A stretch of 64,000 bases of DNA from Vicugna vicugna (lineage: Eukaryota). The position numbers were made by a program, and so were the translations under genes. Within the stretch, counting starts at the first letter, position 1. Every line of letters begins with the position of its first letter. Under the pieces are notes generated by a model. It searched no databases, had not been told where the DNA came from, and saw only the letters and a program-made list of their open reading frames with translations. Location of the stretch: the NCBI GenBank assembly GCA_013265495.1, contig MU058423.1, forward strand, positions 2,867,061-2,931,060. The letters run 5' to 3'. Positions 1-11,900 of this stretch are shown one piece after another.

Positions 1-564
1 CACTCTGGGACTCCGGCATTGAGTTGGGAGAGGGGGTGTGGAGACAGACACTGAGTATTTGGCTCTGGAGAAATTTGGCAGAGGCAAGGAAATCTCAGGT
101 GTGTTTCCCAGCTGCGTCTTGCACTGGTGTCTGGTGAGCAGGGCCTGTTGGTGACAGCCTGCTCTGACAGAAGCAAGCGCAGGCACACGTTTAGGTGTGG
201 CCAGCAGATGGCACGTTTGTGTGGCCTGGGTGAGGGCCAGGCCCTGGTGGGTCCTCAGAGGCAAAACAAGCAGACCTGTGTCCTGGTGCCACCTGGTGGC
301 CGAAGAGGACAAGGCATGTAGTTCCTCGCCCTCCAGGTCAGTATAGTTTTACCAGCCCCTCCAATCTCACTGCTAATCTGCTTAAGCAGCATTGAGAAGG
401 CAGTGCCAGCTGGGGAGGAGGCCTGCCTGCCACAGCTGCCCTTCTGTTCACTACCTGCTTCCTTCCTTCCCTTTTGGTTGGGCTTTCTACTTTTTCTCTT
501 TATGCATTCTACCTCCACCCCCGCCCAGCAGCACCAGCGAGGGAAGCTAACATTTATTGGCCTC

Positions 565-700
565 TTACTATGCACTGTGAACTGTTCTAAGCACTTTACG
601 TGTGTTAACTCATTTAATTCTCATAAAAGCTCAATTAGGCGGACGCTATTATTATCCTCACTTCGCAGGCAGAGAAACTAAGGCTCAGAGAGATTAAGTC
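565..700 (-). mobile_element. MIR SINE fragment
   Basis: ctaagcactttac...ctcatttaattctca...gaaactaaggctcagagagattaag. Confidence 0.75.
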
Positions 701-1307
701 TCTCAGTCTGGTTCCAGGGTTTGTGTTCTCCTCTATTGTCCCCATGCGAACTCTCTATTCAGTTTGTGGATAGATCTGCAAAAAACACAAAACTTGGGAA
801 AAGAAGTAATGTGGACGAGCACAGAGCTGGCTAGAGTATGAGTAGCTGCTTCAGTTCCAATGGGGAAGAACACTAGATGGCCCAGAGAAGTGAAGTCAGG
901 AGCACCTTTCCATTCTACCAGCCTCTCAACTCAGCTCTCCCTGCCTCTTGAATTCTGCTCCCAGGACAGGACTCAGCCCTGTGGGCTAAGCTGGAATCCT
1001 GCCTGCTCTGTGCAACCTCTCCAGCCACACAAGTCCCTCCTGTTCTGGTAGAAAGGATACTTTCCTGCCATTAGCCACATCTTCCAGGGCATGGGCTCTG
1101 TGCTGAGGAGGGTGTTTGGGGAGCACTGTCGGGTGTTGGTGGAGGGGCTAAGCTCATGAGCCACTATCTATCTGAGTCCCCTGACCTCCTGGTCCTTCCA
1201 GGGCCCTACCTGCTCTTATTTTCCAGAGACCAGGCCCCTCTCCCTCTGGGAGGACAGGGCCCCACACAGAAGCACATGGTGACAATGCTCAGCCCGCACA
1301 GAACTAG

Positions 1308-1313
1308 TTTATT
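1308..1313 (-). terminator. CELSR2 polyadenylation signal AATAAA
   Basis: tttatt on plus strand; GU-rich downstream element on minus strand (tgtgcttctgtgtgg). Confidence 0.85.
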
Positions 1314-2812
1314 CAGTAGTATGGGGAAATGAAAAAACAAAACACAAAATCCTACCATATTTACAGGAACAATCAAAACTGTACAATCAGATGGTTAGTA
1401 TCAAGTTAGCATCCAGCATCTTTGTATTTTTTAAGTCAAGTCATCAGTAGTAAAAACCAGTGAAGTTTTTAACCTTTTGTAGGAACTGCTGAGGGGAGAG
1501 GCCAGGGGGGTAATTCATGGCAGAAAAGCCAGAGACCAGCCTTACAAATGAGAAACGGGAACACTTTTTTTCCCCCTGCCATAGCCTCTTTTTCAAGCCA
1601 CCTGCTCCAGAGGAAAATTGGTGACAAGTCTGGAATACATGCTTAGCATAAACGGTGACTCGAATAACAGTTGGCAAAACAGGAAGGAGAGAAGAGGTGG
1701 GGAGATGACAGCCTGGAGCAAGGGGAAGGGACTCAGGCCCCCTCGCCAGGACTGCTGGGTATATACCCAACCTATAATGGCCACATCAGACCCCCTGGGA
1801 CTGGGCACAAACCCATCCCAACACAAAAGGCAAATAAATAAAAAATATATATTAACTCTCTCTTCACAGGGAGCTGGGTGGCAAGGGGAGAAAGGAATGG
1901 GACCTGGTCCTTTGAAGAAGAGAGCCAATTCCAAGAAGGGGTTAAAAATAGAACATATCTCAGGCCACAGCAGGTCAGTGGGGTTTGTCTGGTCTCCGAG
2001 GGTGACCTGGACTGGAGGCGGCTAGGGGCAGCCGGGCCAGCCCTGTCTGTCCTCTTCCTCCCCATCCCACCCGCACAACAGCAAAGAAGCGCAACTTAAC
2101 ACATGACTGGCCCTCCCCGGTGTGGGTCAGGCAGGGAAATGAAGCACTTTTGGGTCAGCGAACTGAGCAAACACCCAGACTGCAGCGCACGGCCGGAGCC
2201 CAGGGAAAGGAGAGGGGCTGGGGAGGCCCGGCTGCCGCCCAGGGGCACGGGTTCCCCTCAAAACGTGTTCATGCAGCATTTGGGGGTCCAGGGGTGCTGA
2301 GTCCTTCTGCCCCCTCTCCGGACAGGGCTTTTTCAGTTCCTGGGAGGGGTGGCAAAGGCCGGGTGAGGGGAGCCCTCGGCCCTGCTGCCCTCACCACACT
2401 GAGGCCCCGCCCGGTGCAGCCCGCAGGGCTTCATGCCCTGGGTGTGTGTGGCTTCGTCCTTTCCTTTTGGTGATGGCAAACAAGGGGCAGGCCCCCCAAA
2501 AGTCCCTCTCCTCCCAGAGGCACAGCAGATGGGAAAGTGAGGAGAGGCTGGGAAAGCATCCTGGGAGGTCCTATCCTCTTTGGGGAGGGAAAGGGGAATC
2601 AGTTTCCAGCGTATAAAAAAAATTAATCCCTGAAGTCATGAAGAGTGGCGATCCTTTTTTAAATTTCTTTTTTCCTCTTTTCTGAAAAACTTTTATCTTG
2701 GAGATGTTGGCCCCAGGGGTCCAAAGTGCAGTGAGGGGGATGGTGGGGGAGGGAGTTGGCACTAGATGGCCTTGGGTAGGGTGGGCGCCCCTCCCGGCAA
2801 GGCCCAGGCTCC

Positions 2813-2834
2813 TCAGATGGACGTTTCATCGCTG
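2813..2834 (-). CDS. CELSR2: Putative alternative CELSR2 terminal coding segment (distal acceptor) giving ...SGSDSDETSI*
   Basis: Pyrimidine tract plus ctgcag|CAGCGATGAAACGTCCATCTGA, in phase with the exon 33 GA overhang. Confidence 0.65.
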
Positions 2835-2947
2835 CTGCAGGCAGGCGGGGGAGCAGGGGCAGGATAAAGCACAAGACAGGAGCGGGGGCATGAGTGCAGC
2901 TGGGGAAGGTAAGGGAGCCTCAGGGTGTAGGAACCACCGGCCCAGGG

Positions 2948-2975
2948 TTAATGCAGGAAGTTAAAGAAGAGAAAT
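2948..2975 (-). CDS. CELSR2: CELSR2 exon 34 coding part (canonical C-terminus EFLFFNFLH*)
   Basis: ctccag|ATTTCTCTTCTTTAACTTCCTGCATTAA. Confidence 0.93.
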
Positions 2976-5900
2976 CTGGAGAGGCAGGAAAGGAAAGTGA
3001 CAGAAAAAGGCAGACAGAGGGTTAGTTGGAGCAGAGGAGACAGAAGCTTCACCAGAAGAAGGAAACAGAAAAGCAACCCCAGCTCCCCACCCTCCCTCAC
3101 TCTGCCCAATGCTGGGCGGGGCTGACCCCACAGGGCACTGTATTTGTGGGCACGTCGCCTAAAGGGAGCTGGGCCACACTCTGCCAACCAGAAAGGCCTG
3201 GGGTGGTCTGGCGGCAGGGCCTATGCTGGGTTGCACCCTGTCCCGCCCACCCAGCCACACTCACTCCGAGCCTGATGAGTCCTCATCCACCGTGCCTGCC
3301 TTGATGCTCATGGCGATGGGCATGACCCCATTCAGCTGCTCCTGGAGGCTCTGCCGGGGTGGAGGGCGGGGAGGGGGCCCTCCCCGGCTGCCCTCGCTGG
3401 CTGAGGAGCCCCGGGAAGACCCTGTGCCCTGCTCCAGGGGTAGCCGTAGGAGGCTGCTCTTCTCGCTGATGGTGGGCAGACACTTCTTCTTGAGGATGCC
3501 TGTGGGCCAAAGGGCGGGAGCCATGAGGAGCAGGTGGAAGGAGCAGGGGGCTGCCCTAGAGAGCCCTGCCAGCCACAGGGCCAAGGTGAGGTGTGAGGTT
3601 GCTCATGGGGAAAGCACAGCTGGGCATTCCCCACTCACCTTTGTGAGGTTGGGCAGAAGGTCCTGGAATGGGGCCCACGGACCCCTCCCGAGGCATGGCA
3701 TCTCCATTCTCCCTCGGCCGCTCTTCAGAGGCTCCACTGCCACCACCCTCCTTTGCTGTGGTCCCAAAGTCTCCTGGCCAGGGGGCTTTCCCAGGTCCCA
3801 GGCCCCCATCTGGTGGAGAAAGGAAGTAGATGAGGCAGACAGCTAGGAGAGTCACTACCCTAGTCTTGCTTCCCAGGAATCCCAGATCCTTTGTCCTCCC
3901 ACTGCCCTACAAAGCCACAACCCTGCGCTGGCCCACCCTTGGGGGTACTGTGCAGGGGCAGTCTCTCGGCCCCAGGCCCCAGCAGGCTGTCCCAGCCTGG
4001 CTCTCCAGGGAAGGCGGCCTCCCGCTCCTCCTCTTCCTCTTCCTCGCTGTCTGACGAGTGGGTAGAGGCATAGGAGCCACTCTGGTCATCTTCCAGGGAC
4101 AGGTCACTGTCAGAGTCTGTGTCGGGATCTGGGAAGTGGGGGAGAGATCACAGGCAGCCCATCCACCTCTGCCCACCCTCAGCAAAAGTTAGGCAGCAGC
4201 GCCCCCCACCTTCCCTGGCCATCAGGAGCTTCCGTCCTCACCATGCTGCTGGTCTTGACCTTCCAGGAATAGGCCACCTGGGTCCCCCAGGCCAGGGGGC
4301 CCTTGGCCAGGGTTCAGTGTGGACTCCTCCCTGAGAAGACAAAATATACTGGAAGCGTCAGCCTGGCTCCTCGTCCGGTGTCCCATTCTCTTTCCTGGGT
4401 TTTCCCGTTCCTGCCCCAGGTCCCTCACTGCTTCTAGTTCAAGCTGCCACCGTGTCAGCCATGGTGTGTGCTCCACGACCCCTAGCAGTCGCTGGTCTGG
4501 GTCTAACATGCCGGATGCTCTTCTCCCCTGCCCCACCCTCCCATCGCCAGAGCGCACCTCAGCAGGAAGGGGATGTAGCTGGGCTGACTCTTGCCCGAGC
4601 GGCTGGCACTGTGCACAGAGCCGGCGGAGTCTCCGTAGGGCTGGTACAGCCTTCCGTCTGTGAACGGGCTAGGGCAGTTGTAGGACTAGGCAGGGAAGAG
4701 AGAGATCAGTAAGCCGGGGAGTAGGATGTGGGGGCCCCAGGCTGGGAAGTGGAAGGGCTGAGAGAATTTCCACTCCCATCTGCCCAGGACTGGAAGAGAG
4801 AGGCCCCACATCTCTGCTGCCCCCTGACTCAGGGCCTAACAGGGGCCGTAGCTCTGCCATAGCTGTGCCATTCTGTGTGCACCCCCAGCACCCTGGACTC
4901 AGCTGCATAAGGGTTTGCTGGCAAAAGATGGCACCAGGAATTGTCTCCTGAAAGCATCCTGGGAGACAAAAGATTGACCAAGACGCACAAGGGATTCTCA
5001 GGTGTGGGCATTTATGACCTGATTATCCGTCTTGGCCACTTCCTCAACCTTTTTCTTCTAAGCTCCATTCCCATCTCCTCCAAGTCAAAATTCTCTTCCC
5101 CACCCCTCTACCCATGTCCCCTTCCCCCCAGGCCACACATACCATTTCACCACCCCTTCCTCCTTCCAGGAAAGGATTTAAGGATGGAGAGAAAGTGGGA
5201 CAAAAGCACAGGCTCCTTGGGCTTCCTGCCTCTTCCCACTCCCCACAACCCCTCCACCTCCCTGACCCCTGGCTCCCTCACCGAGGTCAGGGTGGACTTG
5301 GTGGTCAGAGCAGGGTCAGGGCTGGGCTTGCGGCTGCAGGCAAACTTAAGTGCTTTCCGGACCTCCTTGCTAAGCACCACGTAGGAGAGGAAGATGAAGG
5401 GGCCCTGGGAGGCAAGAGGCAGCAACTGTCTAAGTGCTTATTAAAGCACCTCACAGCCAAGCTTCCCCTGCCCCCATCTCCATGGGGCTCCCACAGGGCA
5501 TGGGCTGGGCCAGGTACCTGGATGCAATTACAAGCAGCAAAGAGGTAGTGGAAGAGGAGGGTGTCACTGTTGACCGAGAGCAGTGCCAGCAGCCATGTGG
5601 CGCTCAGCAGCAGGAGGACAGCAAAGGAGGGCCGCAGGCCTGAGCTGGGGAGGGAGTGGGCTGTGAGTCTGGCCAAGAGGCCTCCCACGCCAATGCCCGT
5701 CCACTGCCCCAGCACCCACACCCCATACTCACACAGGGCCTTTCTTCTCAAAGCCCTGCCGCTGGGCAGCACAGGAGGCCCGGGCCGCCAGGATGTACAG
5801 GAAGACACTCATCTAGCAGGGGAGGGGGAGGTGTGAGGGGGATCATCAGGGGACAGACAACTTCTACCCCACCCTATGGGGGCCTCAGCCATTCCTAAAG

Positions 5901-8900
5901 GGGATCCTGAGGTCACACTCAGCCTGCTCACCTCTAGCCACTTTCTAGCACTTACCGAGACAGCAAAGGCCACGGGGCCAGCGAAACTCCAGATAAGGGT
6001 ATCATAGATGGAGAGCCAGCAGAAGTCGGGGTTCCCATAGCCCTCGGGGTCCAGGCCCACAGCTAGACCTGGGAGTATGGTGATAGCAGCAGGGGAAGGG
6101 GTGGTCAGGGACTTGGGAATCAATCAGGTGGTCAAGTGGGTTCCCAGGGCCAGGTGCGGAGGATGAAGGGTTCTGCCCGCCATCTGTCCACGCTGTCCTC
6201 TCCAGGATGGGGGACCCTGCCCCTGGGTAGGGGTCTCAGGAGCTGAGTTAAATTAGAGGGCTGCTCATGGAGAACTTGGCCCCGGACATAGGGGCATAGG
6301 ACCTCCGGGCCTGGGATGTGAGTTGGGAGAACGTGGTGGAATGAAGATGGATCTAGGGCATAGGGATGTCGAACCTCAAGGCCCGGGACAGGGGTCGGGG
6401 GTACCTGTGATGAAGGCAGGCACACCCCAGCCCAGCATGTAGTAGAAGCGCATGGGGCCAGCATTGACGTCGCGCACCTCGGTGAGTGCCCGGTACAGGT
6501 GCAAGGCCTCCAGGAGAGCCCAGGAAAAGGTGCAGAGGTACAGGAAGTGCAGCAGGATGGCGATGACTGTACAAGCAAACTGAGGGCCAAGGCCACTGTG
6601 AGTCAGTGACCAGGGCACACCCAGAGCATGGGTTCTGCTCTCACCAGGCAGGGGAGGAGAGCCTGGGGGTTGGGAGGTGCTTCAGGGCGAGTCTGGGCCA
6701 GAGGAAAGTACCTCTAGGGTGCTGGGGAAGTAAGGGGGAGCTAGAGGGGAGGGAACCCTGGGCCAGGAGCATCAGTCCCAGCTGCGGGAGCAGGGACTGA
6801 GGGGGCGCTGCGGAGGACTCATCAGGGAGCCTGAGAGGGCTGGGAGCCGAGGAAGCTTTCTGTGCCAGGAGGAACATCTTACAGGGAGGTCAGCCTGGTT
6901 GATTCCCAGAAGGAAGACCAGCTGAGCCAGTCCCAGGGCGGCAGTCAGGTTCCGTCGGATGCCGTGCTGGTTGGAGCGCAGGGCACGCAGAATAGTGAGG
7001 AACAGGAAGGTGAGCAGTAGGGTGGCCAAGGTGACCCCTAAGGCCACGTATGTTAGTGTCTTCAGTGGCAGGATCTCTCCATTCTGCAGGGTGGGTGGCA
7101 GAGAGCCAGGGGGATTAGAAAGGACAGGGCCTGAGTACCCAGCCCAGTGCTTTGGGCTCCCACCTTCAGCTCTGCGGCTGCCCACTGTGAGTCCAACCTC
7201 TCTCCGGGACACGTCCATAAGCACAGCGAAGCTTGTCATGTGGTTGCACTGGCAGCTGACGTGGCTCTCGTTGCGGAAGACAACCTCGCAGCCTCGAGCT
7301 GACCAGCCGCCTGTGCCACTGACCCTGCATGAGGGAGGCAGGGTCAGGGGACAAGGAGGGTGGAGTGCCCAGGGGCCTGGGCTTTCCTCCCAAAGCCTTG
7401 TGGGTAGGGCAGTGCCGGCTCACAGGATCGAATGGTTCCAGAAGACACAGATGGGCTTGGTCCGCTCCTCCGTCTCCAGCAGCCGGAACTGCACCGTGAC
7501 TGGCTTGTCCAAAGCACGGGGCAGCAGTTCCTCATCGTCATGGACACTGATGCTCACCACGGGGGTGTTGATGATGGGGCGTTTAGGAACTCTGAAGTGG
7601 GGCAGGCACACAGTCACCATGGTAGTCATGTGGCTGGGGGAACCCCCTTATCACCCTGAGATGCCCCCAACCCCGGCCCCTCTCTATGCCTCGCCTGCCC
7701 AACCTGCACCCCCACCCATTCCTTGTCTTTCCAGCTGCCCACCTCAGGCTGCGCTTGTCCGGGTCGTAGTTATGGGGCAGCAGCCCAGCCAGGGTGCGGT
7801 AGATGATGACACTGGCCACAGCCTCACCCTGGCTCAGCTCCGGGTGCCGCCGCTGACGCCGTGCCAGCTCCTCTGGCTCCTGGGCCTCTCCAGGGCCCGC
7901 CGGCCTGACCACAGTGGGTGTTTCTGGGATCGGAACACTGTCCACTCAGCTGGGTCCTGCACAGATGCCCCAGCCTGGCCCCTGACCCACCCCTTGGCCC
8001 CCACTGACCTCTGAAGACAGACTCAGGCAGAATGACAGTTGTCTCAAGGTCTGGGGGCCGCTCGCCTCGCAGCGCCTCGTAGCGGGGCAGCTTGGCCCCA
8101 GCGAAATTCCCCTTGTCCAAGCGAACTACAGAGATAACTAGGAAGAAGTCACAGGTCAGACCCTGGGTGAGGTGGGCAGGCCCCCCATATGGCCACGCTG
8201 GCCAGAAACTATCTCCACAAAGCCCTCCCCGGTCGGGGCAGCAGCCTCACCGATGTTGGGTGTAACGATGGTGAAGGGGCTCAGGTAGGTGTGCCGCATG
8301 TTCTGGGCCAGGGCGCTGGCATAGGCCTCATAGTGCTGGAGCAGCCAAGCGGTGCCACCCTCCGTCTGCTGGATCAGCTCCCAGTGCCGCTTGTTGGCTG
8401 CATCCAGGAGGGCACTGCCCACCCGCAACAGATTCTGGGAATGGGCAGTCACGGTGGGCTGTGCCCGCAGGCTCACACCTTCTCATCCCCACCACCAGGC
8501 CCCAGCCTGTACCTAGACCTGCCCTGGCTTACCTCTGCCCCCACCATGCCCCTCTCTCTAATCCTTCGTCCTCATTAAGAGCTTCCCAGGCCCTGTGTCT
8601 GTACCCATAAAGATGTACCAGATGCTGATTCCTCCCTGCCCTGGCACAATGGACAGGGCCTTTGCTCCAAGGAACCTGATCAAACCAGGCCCCAGTACAA
8701 ATATCATTTTCTGTGGGCACCTTGCTATGAAAGGGACTGGGAAGAGGCACTCTAAATTACCCACGTGATGGGCTGTGGCTCAGGGGGTCTCATGGAGGCC
8801 TCACACCAGCTGGGAACTCCCTAAAGGCAGGGGTGAGGAGTGTCCCCCACTCTGCCCCCAGGTTTCCAGGAGCAAGCTCACTCACCATGACCACCACCCC

Positions 8901-11900
8901 CAGCCCTGCCCACTCCAAGCCCCACCTCGGTGAAGTGCACATCCTGTGTGGCAGAAAGTCCAAAGCCCCGCTGGGCACTCTCGTGGGCCAGTAGCCGTGT
9001 GGCCAGCTGGTAGGCCACCTTGACGTCACTGCCGAAGTAGCCAGCCGTGTGCTGGGTAGCGTTGCGCAGAAGCAGGGCCAGCCGCTGGGAGCGCCCTGAG
9101 TCCAGGCCTGATTCATTTCGCTGTAGCCGCTCAGCCTGGGATGGAGTCAGATAGGGGGTTAGCACAGGAGGATGGCAGTGAGGTACCCAGAGGGCAGAAC
9201 TGGAACTCTGGAGTAAAAGGGCTCCAGGTGGGGGCCCTGGGAGGCAGGGTTTAGAATTCCGGAGTCCCCTTTCTCAAAGCTGGGGAGGAGGTTAAGTCAT
9301 ACTGGCGGGGGCAGGTAGGGTGAGGGGGGAGTAAGGAGATGGAGATGAGAAGCTTCACTTACAAAGCCCTTCAGTTCTGAAAAGGTGACCGATGTGCAGT
9401 TGAAGAGGTTTGGGGGGAGCCAGCCTCTGTGCTCGTCACAGTGGCGCACAGCAGTCCCTGAGGAAAGGAAGCCAAGAGGGAGAGACACAGGAGGCCTCAG
9501 GGAGAGAGACAGGAGACTGCTGAGACCTGGCTGAGTCCTTCTGGGGTCGGCCCCTCATGGGCCAGAGACAGGAGACAAGAAGACGAAGGCCCTGCCCTCC
9601 TGTACCCTAGGTGAAGACAGGGAGGCGTGTGTGGAGAACACCAGAGCCAAAAACTCTGCAACATCAGCCCAGATGAGGGCTACAGAGCACAGAGCATATG
9701 GTCTGGAGCCCCCGGACGTGGTGGTCCCTCTCCAGCCACCACCTTGCACTCTCTCCATTCTCTGCTTATGAACTGCTCATCATCAATCCAAGGACCAGCG
9801 CCAGCTCCCATCCCAGGGCTGGTCCCCTGGGACAGCACCCTACCTCCCCTACCCTACTCCCTAGACATAACTCCAGTACTAGGTGGTGAGCTGAGGATGG
9901 GAACCTGCATGACTCAACTTTGAATCTCTAGTACCCAGCCCTGTGCCAGGCACACTGCAGGATTTTCAGCACTTTTCTTAAGAGTCCAGGATATAGGCAC
10001 CCTTCACCTAGGCAGCCGTGGGAGCAGGGGAACAGTGAGCCAAGGAAGTATGGAATGTGGAGTCTCCAGGATCTCGAGCCCAGAAAAGTAGGGTCCCAGG
10101 ATCTGCAGCCAGGGGCTCCCCACCTTCACCCCACTGATGAGAGGCCAAGACCTCAATCTCACATTCCAGGCCTCCAGCACCTACCAAAGGAGCCTCTGGG
10201 GCAGGGGGCAGCAGCAGGCAGCCCGAAGCGGGTACGGGGCCACCAGATCCCAGCCTCAATGGCCCGTGGGCAGCTGTCGTAATTCACTGCAGGGAAGCAC
10301 AGACGGTCACTCAGGAGCAGCTGTCCCCCTACAGCTCTGGCCAGGCTCCCCAGCCCACCCTCAGCAGCCGCAGGCCTGCAACCAGCCCCTGGCCCTGGCC
10401 TCCCCAGGACACTGGGGTCTGGCAAACAGCGGGGAGGGCCACCTATTGCAGGAGCCTCACCTTCACAGCCATTGGTAGTGACCTCAGCAAAAGGGTTGTC
10501 ACAGCGGTCACACTGGCGCCCAATGACGCCTGGCTTGCATGGACACTGGCCGTCCTCAGGGTCGCAGACTCGGGACAGAGAGCCTGTTGGGTAGCAGTCA
10601 CACAGGAGGCAGGTCGGGCTGCCAGGGGGCCGGTAGTGGTTCTCCTGGGAGGGAGGAGGGAGGACGGGGTCACTGGCTCAGGCTCTCTTCCTTGGATGCT
10701 CATGGACTCATTCTCTGACCTCAGGTCCCCAGCACCAGAGTAGTATATTCAAAATACGTAACAATTATTTACTTGGAGTTTAATCCACCAATGGAGCACC
10801 AGCCAAACAGAACAGGCTGCAAAAAAGCAGGACAGCTGGCCCACTGTCCTGCTGGTTAAGTATAGGTCCTGGGTCCCCCCACACCCTAGACACATGAGGA
10901 CAACAGCCACTTGCCCACTGTAGTGGAGCCAAGGCACGTTACCCCCAGTTCTCTGCAGGAAGGCTTTCTCCGCTGCCCCACTTAAGAGCCCAGGAGGTAC
11001 AGAACAGAGGCCCAGGCACCCACTATGGAGGCCTAGGTCGAGACTGTCACCTTGCAGTGGCACTCGCCGCTTGTCTTGTTGCAGTCTGGATCAAAGCCTT
11101 TGCTGACGTCACAGTTACATGGGCCGCACGTGGGGTGTCCCCACCAGCCTCGGGGGCAAGGCTGGTCAATCCTGCAGAGAAGGGCCCAGGCAGGAATGAG
11201 CTCCCTCTTCCACCCCCATCTGGTGGAGCCATGTGTGGCCCTTCTGACTCTGGCTGTGGCTCAGCCAGGTTCTCAGTGCTCTGAGGGACACAGCAGATGT
11301 AGGCAGTGGCCACTGGGACCTGCTGCTGCATGCCCTAGTCCACTTACCTGGTTTCACAGTACGGCCCAAGGTAATTTTGGGGACACTCGCAGGTATAGCC
11401 ATGGGGGGCACTGGGCTTTCGGGTACATGTGGAGTGATGCTCACATGGGTTCAGGTCACATACGTTAGTACAGTTGTCACCATAGTAACCTGGGACCAGA
11501 AGGACAGGAGAGGCTTAATCCCAACCCTCCCCTGGCACTTTCCTCACACCTGCCTTCATCCACCTCTTTCTACTCTGAGCATCATACCAGCTGCTATAGC
11601 TTATAGTGCAGGAGGAGAGACTCAGAGAGGTGATGTGATTGGCCCCAGATCACACAGAAGGGCCAGAGTAAGACCCCCGCACTGTCCCTGGATCCCTGGC
11701 ATACCAGGATCACAGCTGCAGGAATAGCTGTCCCAGTCATCACTGCAATAGCTGTTGGCAGGACACGGGTTCGAGTCACAGGGGTCTGGCAGGCTGCAGC
11801 CTGGCTCTACATTGATGCTTTCCCCATGGCTGGGATCCAGACTGCTAACACCTTCAGGCGTCTCGCTTACCCGAACACCCTGGGGGGACAGGGGTAGTGT

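Larger units (their letters stand above)
1290..2947 (-). other. CELSR2: CELSR2 3'UTR
   Basis: Between the TAA stop and the AATAAA at 1308-1313. Confidence 0.85.

Noticed and set aside
1..560. Possible PSRC1 3' end, expected by synteny
   Set aside because: No recognisable PSRC1 exon; the gene probably lies beyond the left edge.
6959..8014. 351-aa plus-strand ORF
   Set aside because: Antisense shadow of GC-rich CELSR2 exons 20-23 and short introns; no recognisable domain.
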